Below, piece by piece: positions 1 through 7,698 of a stretch of DNA of 64,000 nt; positions within the stretch are counted from its first letter, which is position 1; each line of letters starts with the position of its first letter. The position numbers and the translations under genes are program-made. The notes beneath the pieces are model-generated. The model did no database searches and was not told the origin of the DNA. It saw nothing but the letters and a program-made list of their open reading frames with translations. The stretch is taken from positions 316-64,315 of the forward strand of contig CAOJNP010000002.1 of the NCBI GenBank assembly GCA_948439995.1. The letters run 5' to 3'. This stretch comes from an uncultured Erysipelotrichaceae bacterium. GTDB taxonomy: Bacteria > Bacillota_I > Bacilli_A > RF39 > UBA660.

Positions 1-536
1 ATTATGATTTTTTTGAAGAAAGCAATTTAAATCGTCAAATCATTTCAACGCAATTTAATTTAAATAGTTCGAAAGTGGAAGAAGCAAAAAAAAGAGCACT
101 TATGATTAATCCTAATTGTCAAATTTTAACCATCAATCAAAAATTAGATGAGCAAGCTGTTTTTCAATTTGATATTTCATCATATCATTTTATTTTAGAT
201 GCTTGTGACGATCTTTTGGTAAAGAAACGTTTTATTATAAAGGCAAAAGATCAACATATTCCAATAATATCTTGTTTGGGAACAGGAAATCGACTTCATC
301 CAGAATTGTTGCAAATTTGTAAATTATCTCAAACGAAAAATGATCCTCTTGCAAAAAAGCTTCGCCATTTATTAAAAAAAGAACATATAAAATATTTGGA
401 TATAAAAGTAGTAAATAGCTTTGAAAATCCTGTTAAGTGTGCGAATTTAGGATCCACTTGTTCTGTACCAATGGCAGCAGGAAGTATTATGGCTAGCTAC
501 GTAATCAATGAATCAATTAAAAAAAGTGCCGAATAA
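1..536 (+). CDS. tcdA: tRNA threonylcarbamoyladenosine dehydratase TcdA (ThiF/MoeB E1-like), 5' end outside window
   Basis: Reading frame is open from nt 3 (YDFFEESNLNRQI...). It matches the TcdA/CsdL pattern NTNRQI...INP.C......D.......IPL..TGGAG..DP, then KT..DPLA.KLR..LKK and a C-terminal C..G....VP..AG.I.A.E.IK. The ORF track starts it at GTG 75 only because the window begins inside the gene. Confidence 0.7.
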   Translation, partial: YDFFEESNLNRQIISTQFNLNSSKVEEAKKRALMINPNCQILTINQKLDEQAVFQFDISSYHFILDACDDLLVKKRFIIKAKDQHIPIISCLGTGNRLHPELLQICKLSQTKNDPLAKKLRHLLKKEHIKYLDIKVVNSFENPVKCANLGSTCSVPMAAGSIMASYVINESIKKSAE

Positions 537-541
537 GCACT

Positions 542-1504
542 TTATTTTTTCGTTAAAATTTCTGGATTTTGTTCCTGTATGACTATTTGATAGATTGTTT
601 CTACAATAGAATTTTCTAATTTTGTTTTTTTTATAAAATTTTCAATATTATTTAAACTTTCTAGACCTTCAATTGTTGTATTTTGTTGATATTCTACTAT
701 TTCTTTTTTATTTGTTTTTGTTCCAATCATTTTTCCAAGTGTGAAATTTCTACTTTTTTTGCTATGAGAAGTTAATAAGAAGTCTCCAATTCCTCCATAA
801 GTTAAAATTGTTTCTTCAAAGCCACTCCATTTTTTGATAATCGTTTTTGTTTCTTTTATGATATCAGTTATAAAAGTGTAATAGGAACTTTCTGAACAAT
901 CTAATCCTTTTATAATGCCACTTCCAATAGCATAAATATTTTTTAATACCGACATGATCTCTAAACCATATAAATCTCTTGTAAATTCAAATTTTATATT
1001 AGAAGGCCATAAAGTTTGAAATTTGATAAAGCCTAATTTATTAGAACCAGCAATAGTAAAAGAAAAATTATCTTCTGTGGTAAGATCTTTGGCAAATGTT
1101 GGTCCAGCAAAATAAGAATAGGAATTACATTTTAATTGTTTTCGTGTCAAATCTGAGAAAAAAGTACATGTTTCTAAGTTCATACCTTTTGTTCCTACAA
1201 AAATAGGAATTTTTTTATCATAATACGGTTTGATCTCTTGAATTGTTTTTTCATAATATTTACTACCTACTAGAATAAACAAAATATCTGCTTGATTTAT
1301 TGTTTCTTCTAAACTCGTTGATAATCTTACATTATCATTATAAATTAGATCTTTTGATAGAAAATCAAATTTTTTCTTTTTCTGAAATTTTTGGGCTAGT
1401 TTTAAATTTTCAGTCCATAAACAAATGCTATTTTCTTTTAATTTTTGTAAATGATAAGTTAGAGCAGTACTATAAACTCCAGTACCAATAATTGCTATTT
1501 TCAT
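542..1504 (-). CDS. gpsA: NAD(P)H-dependent glycerol-3-phosphate dehydrogenase
   Basis: N-terminal Rossmann motif MKIAIIGTGVYSTALT. Central GPTFAKD/GLE and YAIGSGII motifs are typical of GpsA. Length is 320 aa. Confidence 0.8.
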   Translation of the reverse strand: MKIAIIGTGVYSTALTYHLQKLKENSICLWTENLKLAQKFQKKKKFDFLSKDLIYNDNVRLSTSLEETINQADILFILVGSKYYEKTIQEIKPYYDKKIPIFVGTKGMNLETCTFFSDLTRKQLKCNSYSYFAGPTFAKDLTTEDNFSFTIAGSNKLGFIKFQTLWPSNIKFEFTRDLYGLEIMSVLKNIYAIGSGIIKGLDCSESSYYTFITDIIKETKTIIKKWSGFEETILTYGGIGDFLLTSHSKKSRNFTLGKMIGTKTNKKEIVEYQQNTTIEGLESLNNIENFIKKTKLENSIVETIYQIVIQEQNPEILTKK

Positions 1505-2703
1505 TTTTCTTCACCTTTCATTTCTTTCCATAAATGATTTAAATTTGCTTCATATTTGTTATTTTTCATTTGGTAGTATTTTTTACCAATTAATCCTTTT
1601 GGTAGGTATTCTTGTTTTACATAATCTCGTGGGTAATTATGAGGATATAAATAGGTTTTGCTTGAAGTTTTAATGTGATCTGGAACATTACCAGTACTTC
1701 CTTTTTTGATATCGCTTAATGCTTCATCTAAAGCTGTATGACCACTATTACTTTTTGGAGATAGTGCCATTTCTGTAACTACAACTCCCAAAGGAATTCT
1801 AGCTTCTGGAAGGCCTATTAATTCAGAGGCAGATATCGCAGCCATTACTTTTGGTCCAATTGATGGGTTTGCAAGTCCTATATCTTCATATGCAATCACG
1901 CTCATTCTGCGATAAATACTATCTAAATCGCCTGATTCAATTAATCTAGCTAGATAGTGTAGGGAAGCATCTACATCACTTCCTCGTATTGATTTTTGAA
2001 ATGCAGAAAGGACATCATAGTGGCCGTCTTCATTTTTATCATGAAAAAATACGGGTTTGGATTCAATTGATTTTAAATGTTCTAAAGTTATTTTTTTATC
2101 TTTTGAAGAATAGTAGGCGACTTCTAATAAGTTTAAAGCACTTCTAACATCTCCTGAGGAAGCATAAGCAATATAGTCGATTGCTTCTTCATCCAATTTT
2201 ATTTCCTCTAATTCATTACACGCTCTTTTAATGGCTGTTTTCATTTCATCAATAGACAATTCATGTAATTCAAATATTTGAACTCTACTTCGGATAGCAG
2301 GATTTATTTTATGATAGGGATTCGATGTCGTTAATCCGATTAAAATAATGACTCCAGATTCTAAATGAGGCAGTAATATGTCTTGTTTATCTTTGTTCAT
2401 TCGATGAATTTCATCAATTATTACTATCATTTCACCATACATTTTTGCTTCTTCTATTACAATATCAAAATCTTGCTTATTATTGATCGTAGCATTTAAA
2501 AAACGATGGGGTACTTTTAATTCATTTACAATTGCATTGGCAATGGAAGTTTTTCCTATACCAGGTTTTCCATACAAAATAAAAGAAAATATTTTTTTAT
2601 TTTGGACTAAATTGGATAGCACTTTGCCTTCTCCAATAATATGACTTTGTCCAATAATATCCGTTATTTTTTGAGGTCTTAATTTATTTGCTAAAAGTTC
2701 CAT
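1501..2703 (-). CDS. rarA: recombination factor RarA/MgsA (AAA+ ATPase)
   Basis: Walker A GKPGIGKTSIA, an AAA+ core, and a MgsA C-terminal helical domain. The ORF track extends to 2886, but the 61-aa N-terminal extension is hydrophobic junk. ATG at 2703 (MELLANKLRPQKITDIIGQ, the typical RarA N-terminus) has the RBS AAGGTGA 6 nt upstream. Confidence 0.85.
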   Translation of the reverse strand: MELLANKLRPQKITDIIGQSHIIGEGKVLSNLVQNKKIFSFILYGKPGIGKTSIANAIVNELKVPHRFLNATINNKQDFDIVIEEAKMYGEMIVIIDEIHRMNKDKQDILLPHLESGVIILIGLTTSNPYHKINPAIRSRVQIFELHELSIDEMKTAIKRACNELEEIKLDEEAIDYIAYASSGDVRSALNLLEVAYYSSKDKKITLEHLKSIESKPVFFHDKNEDGHYDVLSAFQKSIRGSDVDASLHYLARLIESGDLDSIYRRMSVIAYEDIGLANPSIGPKVMAAISASELIGLPEARIPLGVVVTEMALSPKSNSGHTALDEALSDIKKGSTGNVPDHIKTSSKTYLYPHNYPRDYVKQEYLPKGLIGKKYYQMKNNKYEANLNHLWKEMKGEEK

Positions 2704-2789
2704 ATTTGTCACCTTATTCATTATAACATACCATTTTATTTGACGAAAGTAGCAAGCATTTTTTATAATAAAAGTAAGGAATGATTTAC

Positions 2790-3701
2790 ATGAATGAGAG
2801 TCGAAAAGAGAATTTAGAACATGAAATGAATCAATATTTAAATTATTTACAATTTGAACGAAAATTATCCAAAAATACGATTTCATCTTATTTTTATGAT
2901 TTACTCGTTTTTAAAAATTATTTGGATCAAAATAATAAAACTTCACTAACTTGTTTTACAACATTGTTAGAAGATTTTTTAAAAACTATGGAAGAAAAGA
3001 GTCCTACTACAAGATCTCATTATTTAACGGTTTTAAAATCATATTATCAATTTTTAATAGAAGAGGGGTTAGTGAAGGAAAATCCTTGTGATTTTCTTTT
3101 AAGACCGAAGATGATTCAAAGACTTCCTAAATATTTAACCATAGAAGAAGTTGATTCTCTTTTAAATATTGAGCTTCGAAGTGCATACGATTATCGAAAT
3201 AAAGCAATGTTAGAACTTTTATATGCAACTGGAATGCGTATTAGTGAATTAGTTCATTTAAAAATTCAAGATCTTGATTTTCAAGAAGATTTTGTTCATA
3301 TATTTGGTAAAGGGAATAAAACAAGAATTGTTCCTATCAATGATACTTCAAAAAAATATCTTCTACTTTATTATCATGATCATCGTCCTTCACTTTTAAA
3401 AAATTCCTCTTCTGATTATTTTTTTATTAATAATCGAAAAGGAAAACTGTCTCGTCAAGGCTTTTTTAAAATGCTAAAAGCTCTATGTTATGAAAAAAAT
3501 ATAAAAAAAGATGTTTCTCCTCATGTCTTGCGTCATTCTTTTGCAACTCATTTATTGAACAATGGAGCGAATTTAAGAGTTGTTCAGGAATTACTTGGGC
3601 ATTCAGATATTTCTACAACCCAAATTTATACTCATATTTCTAATGAAAAGATTAAAAAAGATTATCATTATCATCCACGTAATAAAAAAGAAGAAAATTA
3701 A
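2790..3701 (+). CDS. xerD: tyrosine site-specific recombinase XerD/XerC family
   Basis: C-terminal catalytic box HVLRHSFATHLLNNGANLRVVQELLGHSDISTTQIYTHI with the R..H..R..Y tetrad. N-terminal core-binding domain (YLQFERKLSKNTISSY). ATG 2790 is preferred over 2781 because of RBS spacing. Divergent from rarA. Confidence 0.75.
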   Translation: MNESRKENLEHEMNQYLNYLQFERKLSKNTISSYFYDLLVFKNYLDQNNKTSLTCFTTLLEDFLKTMEEKSPTTRSHYLTVLKSYYQFLIEEGLVKENPCDFLLRPKMIQRLPKYLTIEEVDSLLNIELRSAYDYRNKAMLELLYATGMRISELVHLKIQDLDFQEDFVHIFGKGNKTRIVPINDTSKKYLLLYYHDHRPSLLKNSSSDYFFINNRKGKLSRQGFFKMLKALCYEKNIKKDVSPHVLRHSFATHLLNNGANLRVVQELLGHSDISTTQIYTHISNEKIKKDYHYHPRNKKEEN

Positions 3702-3735
3702 ATCTTTCTTCTTTTCTTTTATTTACTCATAACAA

Positions 3736-3879
3736 TTAACGACTTTGTTCGTTTTTATTAGATCTACTATTTCTAGAATTGTTATTATTTTTTTCATTTC
3801 TAGAGTTTCTACTATTTGTGTTATTCGATCTATTGTTGTTATTACGAGCATTGTTTTGGTTTTGATTATTTCTACTCAT
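3736..3879 (-). CDS. 47-aa Asn/Arg/Ser-rich basic small protein (unannotated; possible small spore protein)
   Basis: It is not in the ORF track because it is under 60 aa. A perfect SD GGGAGGT sits 8 nt before the ATG. Translation: MSRNNQNQNNARNNNNRSNNTNSRNSRNEKNNNNSRNSRSNKNEQSR, then stop. CATAATA (the sigma-G -10 pattern CATxxTA) lies just upstream of the RBS. The plus-strand ORF 3745..3930 is its low-complexity shadow. Confidence 0.45.
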   Translation of the reverse strand: MSRNNQNQNNARNNNNRSNNTNSRNSRNEKNNNNSRNSRSNKNEQSR

Positions 3880-4005
3880 TTTCTTTACCTCCCACTATTA
3901 TTATGTGAGGATTCTATTTCTTCATTCTGAAAAATTTTAAAATTGAGTGGTAATTATTGGCTTAATAAATAACATCTGTTATTAAAAAAAAGCAACTCTT
4001 CATTC

Positions 4006-4251
4006 TTAGTTACTTTTTAATTTTTGAATTGTTTTCATTATGGTTTTATTGTCAATATTTTTTGTTTTATACCATCCACATTCTGTCATTTTTGTATAAA
4101 CTTCATATTGCATTTTTAAAATTTCTTCTAAGCAACTTTTTAAAATAGAATGTACTTTTTTATTACTGGCTTCTTCGGTTCCATGAACATACACTTCTGC
4201 TGTTCCCTTTAATAATAGTAGGACATTTTCCATAATTAGCTTATCATTCAT
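4006..4251 (-). CDS. small CotF-like protein, second of pair
   Basis: 81 aa, translationally coupled to the upstream 68-aa ORF. Helical and charged with conserved aromatics (EVYVHGTEEASN...YEVYTKMTECGWY), consistent with a Coat_F second half. Confidence 0.3.
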   Translation of the reverse strand: MNDKLIMENVLLLLKGTAEVYVHGTEEASNKKVHSILKSCLEEILKMQYEVYTKMTECGWYKTKNIDNKTIMKTIQKLKSN

Positions 4252-4450
4252 TTTCTATTCCCTCCATTATTTCCATAAGTTTCTTTTCCATAACAGTATG
4301 TTTTTTGGCAATTTTTTTTAAAAATGATGCTAAATTTTTATCTTGAACATTATTACTAAAATCTTGTAGTAACGATACTAAATTTTGTTCATGTCCAATC
4401 GCATCTTCCATATAAAGTAGTTCTTTTTGTGTCATTTTATTCCTCCTCAT
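4244..4450 (-). CDS. small CotF-like (spore coat protein F domain) protein
   Basis: 68 aa with a strong RBS GAGGAGG. Its pattern MTQKELLYMEDAIGHEQNL...NLASFL resembles the Coat_F family (YraD/YraE-like pairs in Bacillus). It overlaps the next ORF by 8 nt, which suggests translational coupling. Confidence 0.35.
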   Translation of the reverse strand: MRRNKMTQKELLYMEDAIGHEQNLVSLLQDFSNNVQDKNLASFLKKIAKKHTVMEKKLMEIMEGIENE

Positions 4451-4553
4451 TCTTTTATTATTATCATAATCTTTTTATTTAAACCTAAAAAAATAATTAT
4501 TTTGAAATGAAATAATTAAGTTTAGCATTTCATAGAATGTAGTAGGTGAGAGT

Positions 4554-5309
4554 ATGAATATTTTAGGACCTTTTCTTGTTTCTACTATAGCAGGATTATC
4601 TACTGTACTTGGATCATTGGTTATATTTTTTCATTGGAAGAAGGAGAATATTAATAAATTTATTACTTTTAGTTTGAGCTTGTCTTTGGCTATTATGATA
4701 GGGGTATCTATAACAGAATTAATTCCTGAATCTACTTTTTTTATTATCACGGATTACAGACTTGCAAAAGGAATTTTTATTTGTTGTCTTTCTTTTTTAG
4801 TAGGTATTGTTTTAATTTATTGGTTGAATCAAAAAATAAATGGAAAATCACTTCTACAAAAAGATTTATATAAATTAGGAATTTTATCTATGCTTGCTTT
4901 GATGCTTCATAATTTACCAGAAGGAATTGCAACGTTTATGAGTGCTTATCAGGATATGAATTTAGGAATAAAATTAGGTGTAGCAATTATGCTACATAAC
5001 ATTCCAGAAGGAATAAGTATTGCTGTGCCTATCTATTATGCAACGAAAAATAAAAAAAATGCTATTTTAAAAACTTTTATTTCTGGCTTAGCGGAACCTT
5101 TGGGTGCATTTCTAGCCTTTCTATTTTTATCTAAATATATCACGAACACACTAATTAGTATCGTTCTATTATTTGTAGCAGGTATTATGATTACTCTTTC
5201 CATTCAAAAATTGTTTCCAGAAGCTTTGAAATATAAAGAAAACAAATTTATTTGGATTGGACTTGGAGTAGGAGTGGGCCTTACTATAATAAATCATTTT
5301 ATATTGTAA
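4554..5309 (+). CDS. zupT: ZIP family metal (zinc) transporter
   Basis: Two signature HNxPEG motifs (LHNLPEGIATF and LHNIPEGISIAV) and about 8 TM helices in 251 aa. RBS GGTGAGAG. Confidence 0.7.
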   Translation: MNILGPFLVSTIAGLSTVLGSLVIFFHWKKENINKFITFSLSLSLAIMIGVSITELIPESTFFIITDYRLAKGIFICCLSFLVGIVLIYWLNQKINGKSLLQKDLYKLGILSMLALMLHNLPEGIATFMSAYQDMNLGIKLGVAIMLHNIPEGISIAVPIYYATKNKKNAILKTFISGLAEPLGAFLAFLFLSKYITNTLISIVLLFVAGIMITLSIQKLFPEALKYKENKFIWIGLGVGVGLTIINHFIL

Positions 5310-5352
5310 ATGATTTTTTTATTTGATAAGATAAGTAAAACATGGAGTAAAT

Positions 5353-5811
5353 ATGAAAAAAGAAAAATTAAATGTCATTGATTTTTTACAGAAAAATACT
5401 GGTTGGATTGTTACTTTAATTGGTAGTGGTTTAGCAGTCTTTTCTAGTATTTTTGTTTTAATCACTACCTTTGAAAATAAATTAAAAAGTATTTATTATC
5501 ACGTGGATTTTTTATTTTATAAAAATTCTTTCAATTTTTATCAACTTATATTATATTTTCTTTTTATTTTAATTTGTTGGCAAGTTGTATTTTCATTAAA
5601 GAAAGTTATACTATTTGTTTATGATAAATTGATCAATAAGAAAAATATTATTTTTCCTAAGCTTGATTTATTATTTTCCATTCCTTTTTTTCTTCTTATT
5701 TTAGTTCTTTTATTTATTGATTGGTTGCTAAGTTTTTATTTATTATTTTATTTTCTATTATTTAATTGTTCACTTTTTTTTGAAATTTTTAAATATAGAT
5801 ATAAAATCTGA
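5353..5811 (+). CDS. small polytopic membrane protein (hypothetical)
   Basis: RBS GGAG 8 nt before the ATG. About 4 predicted TM helices. No recognisable motif. Confidence 0.45.
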   Translation: MKKEKLNVIDFLQKNTGWIVTLIGSGLAVFSSIFVLITTFENKLKSIYYHVDFLFYKNSFNFYQLILYFLFILICWQVVFSLKKVILFVYDKLINKKNIIFPKLDLLFSIPFFLLILVLLFIDWLLSFYLLFYFLLFNCSLFFEIFKYRYKI

Positions 5812-6121
5812 TATTAAGGAAATTAATATAGTTGAAGAGTGTGTTAATTTTGTGAAAATATTATTATTCTTTTCAATAGTTGAAATGTTTTTCTGCTTTG
5901 TTAAAGTTACTTGTAATTTATATAATAAATCTGATTATTATATTATAAGACAAGATGATCAACTTGAAGTTGTTGTCGAAACTTACTCAGATTACTTTAT
6001 AACTAAAAAAGCACAAATTGATGGTAACAAATTAATTATTATGAAAAATTCGCAAAGCATGAAATCTACTTTTGATACAATTGTAACTAAAGAAACTTTT
6101 GAAGATATTATTTTAAAATAA
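5780..6121 (+). CDS. doubtful ORF (TTG start, no RBS)
   Basis: Open frame of 113 aa with protein-like composition, but the only start is TTG without an SD. It could be a pseudogene or non-coding plasmid-origin DNA. Confidence 0.2.
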   Translation: MKFLNIDIKSDIKEINIVEECVNFVKILLFFSIVEMFFCFVKVTCNLYNKSDYYIIRQDDQLEVVVETYSDYFITKKAQIDGNKLIIMKNSQSMKSTFDTIVTKETFEDIILK

Positions 6122-6149
6122 TGATTAAATATTTTGCTAATATTTTAGT

Positions 6150-6173
6150 TTAACATAATGTATATTATGTTAA
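6150..6173. repeat. perfect 10-bp inverted repeat TTAACATAAT-gtat-ATTATGTTAA
   Basis: Read directly from the sequence. It lies 4 nt downstream of the rep stop codon (minus strand) and 29 nt downstream of ORF 5780..6121. Confidence 0.6.
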
Positions 6174-6177
6174 CTCT

Positions 6178-6744
6178 TTAATATATTGAATTCCAATCAA
6201 CTTCTGTATGATATCTTTTACTACAGATATCTGCATTATGTTCTTTTACTACATCTCTTAAATAACTGTAATATCTTATGAAATAATTCCATATACCATT
6301 TTGGTTTGCAAATTTTCCAACTTGTGACATTTTCACATAATCTGGTTGTGAATGTATATATTCTTGTATACTCATTGCATGGTCACCACCTGGTATTTCA
6401 TCTGTTACCAATTCTCTAAATCGTTTTAATAATTTCTCTGAATTACTTTTTACATCTTCTACATCATATTGGTATTTATTATCATCTTTGAAGTGAATCA
6501 AATATTTTAATGAACCATTAAAGCTCTTTTTAATGGGTTCTATCATGTTTTCTGCAACCCCTACTCTCTTTGATAGGGCAGATATGGTACACGCAGTTTT
6601 GAGCTTTATAACAAAGTGATAATGTGGTTTCTTGAGTTCTCCTTCTTCTGTTACGTCTTGATCATGTCTTATATAGATCACTTCCTTTTGTTCTAGTAGA
6701 TTTAGCATCTGTCTATCAAAGTTTTCATCATCTTCATAGATCAC
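6178..6744 (-). CDS. RepB-like rolling-circle replication initiator (Rep_2 / pMV158 family HUH endonuclease)
   Basis: RHDQD...KKPHYHFVIKL matches the pMV158 RepB metal-binding motif HDKD...KAHYHVLY (HUH). The downstream SLKYLIHFKDDNKYQYD aligns with the RepB catalytic-Tyr region MYLYLTHESKD...VYD. The gene starts at GTG with no convincing SD and an in-frame stop 10 codons upstream, so it may be degenerate. Confidence 0.65.
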   Translation of the reverse strand: MIYEDDENFDRQMLNLLEQKEVIYIRHDQDVTEEGELKKPHYHFVIKLKTACTISALSKRVGVAENMIEPIKKSFNGSLKYLIHFKDDNKYQYDVEDVKSNSEKLLKRFRELVTDEIPGGDHAMSIQEYIHSQPDYVKMSQVGKFANQNGIWNYFIRYYSYLRDVVKEHNADICSKRYHTEVDWNSIY

Positions 6745-6787
6745 ACACAGATAATAGACGTAGCCTATTTTTTAAATAGTATAATAT

Positions 6788-6811
6788 AAAAAAAGAAGAG
6801 TTTTACTCTTC
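6788..6811 (-). terminator. rho-independent terminator after the HTH regulator gene
   Basis: Stem GAAGAG-tttta-CTCTTC, followed on the minus strand by 7 T residues. Confidence 0.6.
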
Positions 6812-6825
6812 AATGTTTCAGAAAA

Positions 6826-7602
6826 TTAAACTTTTCTAGATTGTATTTCTGCAATTTTTTCAAATACTTCGGCAGCATTACTTTCATTAATTTCAGTATA
6901 ATTTAATTCTTTTAATGCCTGAATTTTAATAGTATTTAATTGTTGTGTTCGACTTAATTTTTCTTCATTTTTTTGTTCAATTTCTTGAACAAAACGTCTA
7001 TGACTTTCTGCTAATTTACTACGACTTGCTCCTCCATTATTATATAATGTTAATGCAGAATATAAAATGCCTTCAAATATAAACTGTTTATCTTCTTGAA
7101 ATTTATATTCTTCTGGATTCGTAAATCCAGTTGTTTTTGACATATATCCAAAGATATATTTGATTTCAGGAACGTTATCAATTGATTGTAACATATGGTA
7201 TAAATACAAAGCTGCATATCGATTTTCATCATGTTTATTATCTTCTAATAATTTTTCTTTTAAAAGATATGTAATATCTGCTAAAAGTGTTTGATCTTCT
7301 TTACTTAATCCTTTTAAATCAAAATAACTATCTAAATCTGATGTATTTTTTACTCCTTGATTTAAACGATTTTCTACACTCATTAAATAATCAGTAGTTA
7401 CTTTAATTCCATTTAAAGTTCCTTCATCTCCATCATCGATTTCCAAAAGTTTAAAAAGTAATAACTTTTTTTCTTTGGGCCATTTATTAATATCGTCTAA
7501 TTCTAAATAATTATAGACCATTTGTCTCGATACTCCTAAGTACTTTGCTAATCGTACTTTCGAGATACCTAATTCTTGTAATAATTCATTTAATCTGTTC
7601 AT
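6826..7602 (-). CDS. XRE-family HTH transcriptional regulator with about 190-aa C-terminal domain
   Basis: N-terminal HTH LQELGISKVRLAKYLGVSRQMVYNYLE (Cro/C1-type). RBS GAGGGTAGGG. The C-terminal helical domain is not recognised. Confidence 0.7.
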   Translation of the reverse strand: MNRLNELLQELGISKVRLAKYLGVSRQMVYNYLELDDINKWPKEKKLLLFKLLEIDDGDEGTLNGIKVTTDYLMSVENRLNQGVKNTSDLDSYFDLKGLSKEDQTLLADITYLLKEKLLEDNKHDENRYAALYLYHMLQSIDNVPEIKYIFGYMSKTTGFTNPEEYKFQEDKQFIFEGILYSALTLYNNGGASRSKLAESHRRFVQEIEQKNEEKLSRTQQLNTIKIQALKELNYTEINESNAAEVFEKIAEIQSRKV

Positions 7603-7611
7603 TTAATCCCT

Positions 7612-7680
7612 ACCCTCTTATTATTTACATGTTAATTATAGCATTTAACACTTTTTTGTCAAGTGTAAAGAGGTGTAAAT
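7612..7680 (-). promoter_or_regulatory. sigma-A promoter TTGACA-N16-TATAAT with overlapping inverted repeat ACACTTGACAAAAAAGTGT
   Basis: On the minus strand it reads cacTTGACAaaaaagtgttaaatgcTATAATtaac...AAGAGGGTAGGGATTAAATG. The IR arms ACACTT/AAGTGT bracket the -35. This is a probable autoregulatory operator. Confidence 0.55.
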
Positions 7681-7698
7681 ATTTTTATTTTTCATTTT

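Noticed and set aside
1300-1491. Antisense ORFs inside real genes (1300-1491, 7050-7232, 8953-9150, 13941-14135, 20197-20400, 20919-21107, 21140-21463, 25896-26096, 28288-28635, 30308-30619, 33929-34147, 38778-38993, 39376-39612, 39976-40182, 43594-43782, 44605-44829, 46852-47082, 47968-48192, 48589-48777, 49097-49647, 55392-55763, 55894-56193, 56666-56872, 57062-57256, 60659-61015, 61226-61414)
   Set aside because: Shadow ORFs typical of AT-rich DNA (F/L/I/S-rich, no RBS, fully overlapped by well-supported genes on the other strand).
2704-2886. 61-codon N-terminal extension of the rarA ORF
   Set aside because: Hydrophobic junk with no RBS. The ATG at 2703 has AAGGTGA and gives the canonical RarA N-terminus.
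2781-3701. Idea that the XerD-like recombinase is the integrase of the RepB/XRE islet
   Set aside because: It is 1.6 kb away, separated by three unrelated transcription units. It has the canonical chromosomal XerD C-terminal box and sits in the xerD...spoIIM neighbourhood known from Bacillus.
3745-3930. Plus-strand 61-aa ORF (MFVFIRSTISRIVIIFF...)
   Set aside because: Low-complexity I/V/S/F shadow of the minus-strand N/R/S-rich sORF. It has no RBS, whereas the minus strand has a perfect SD.
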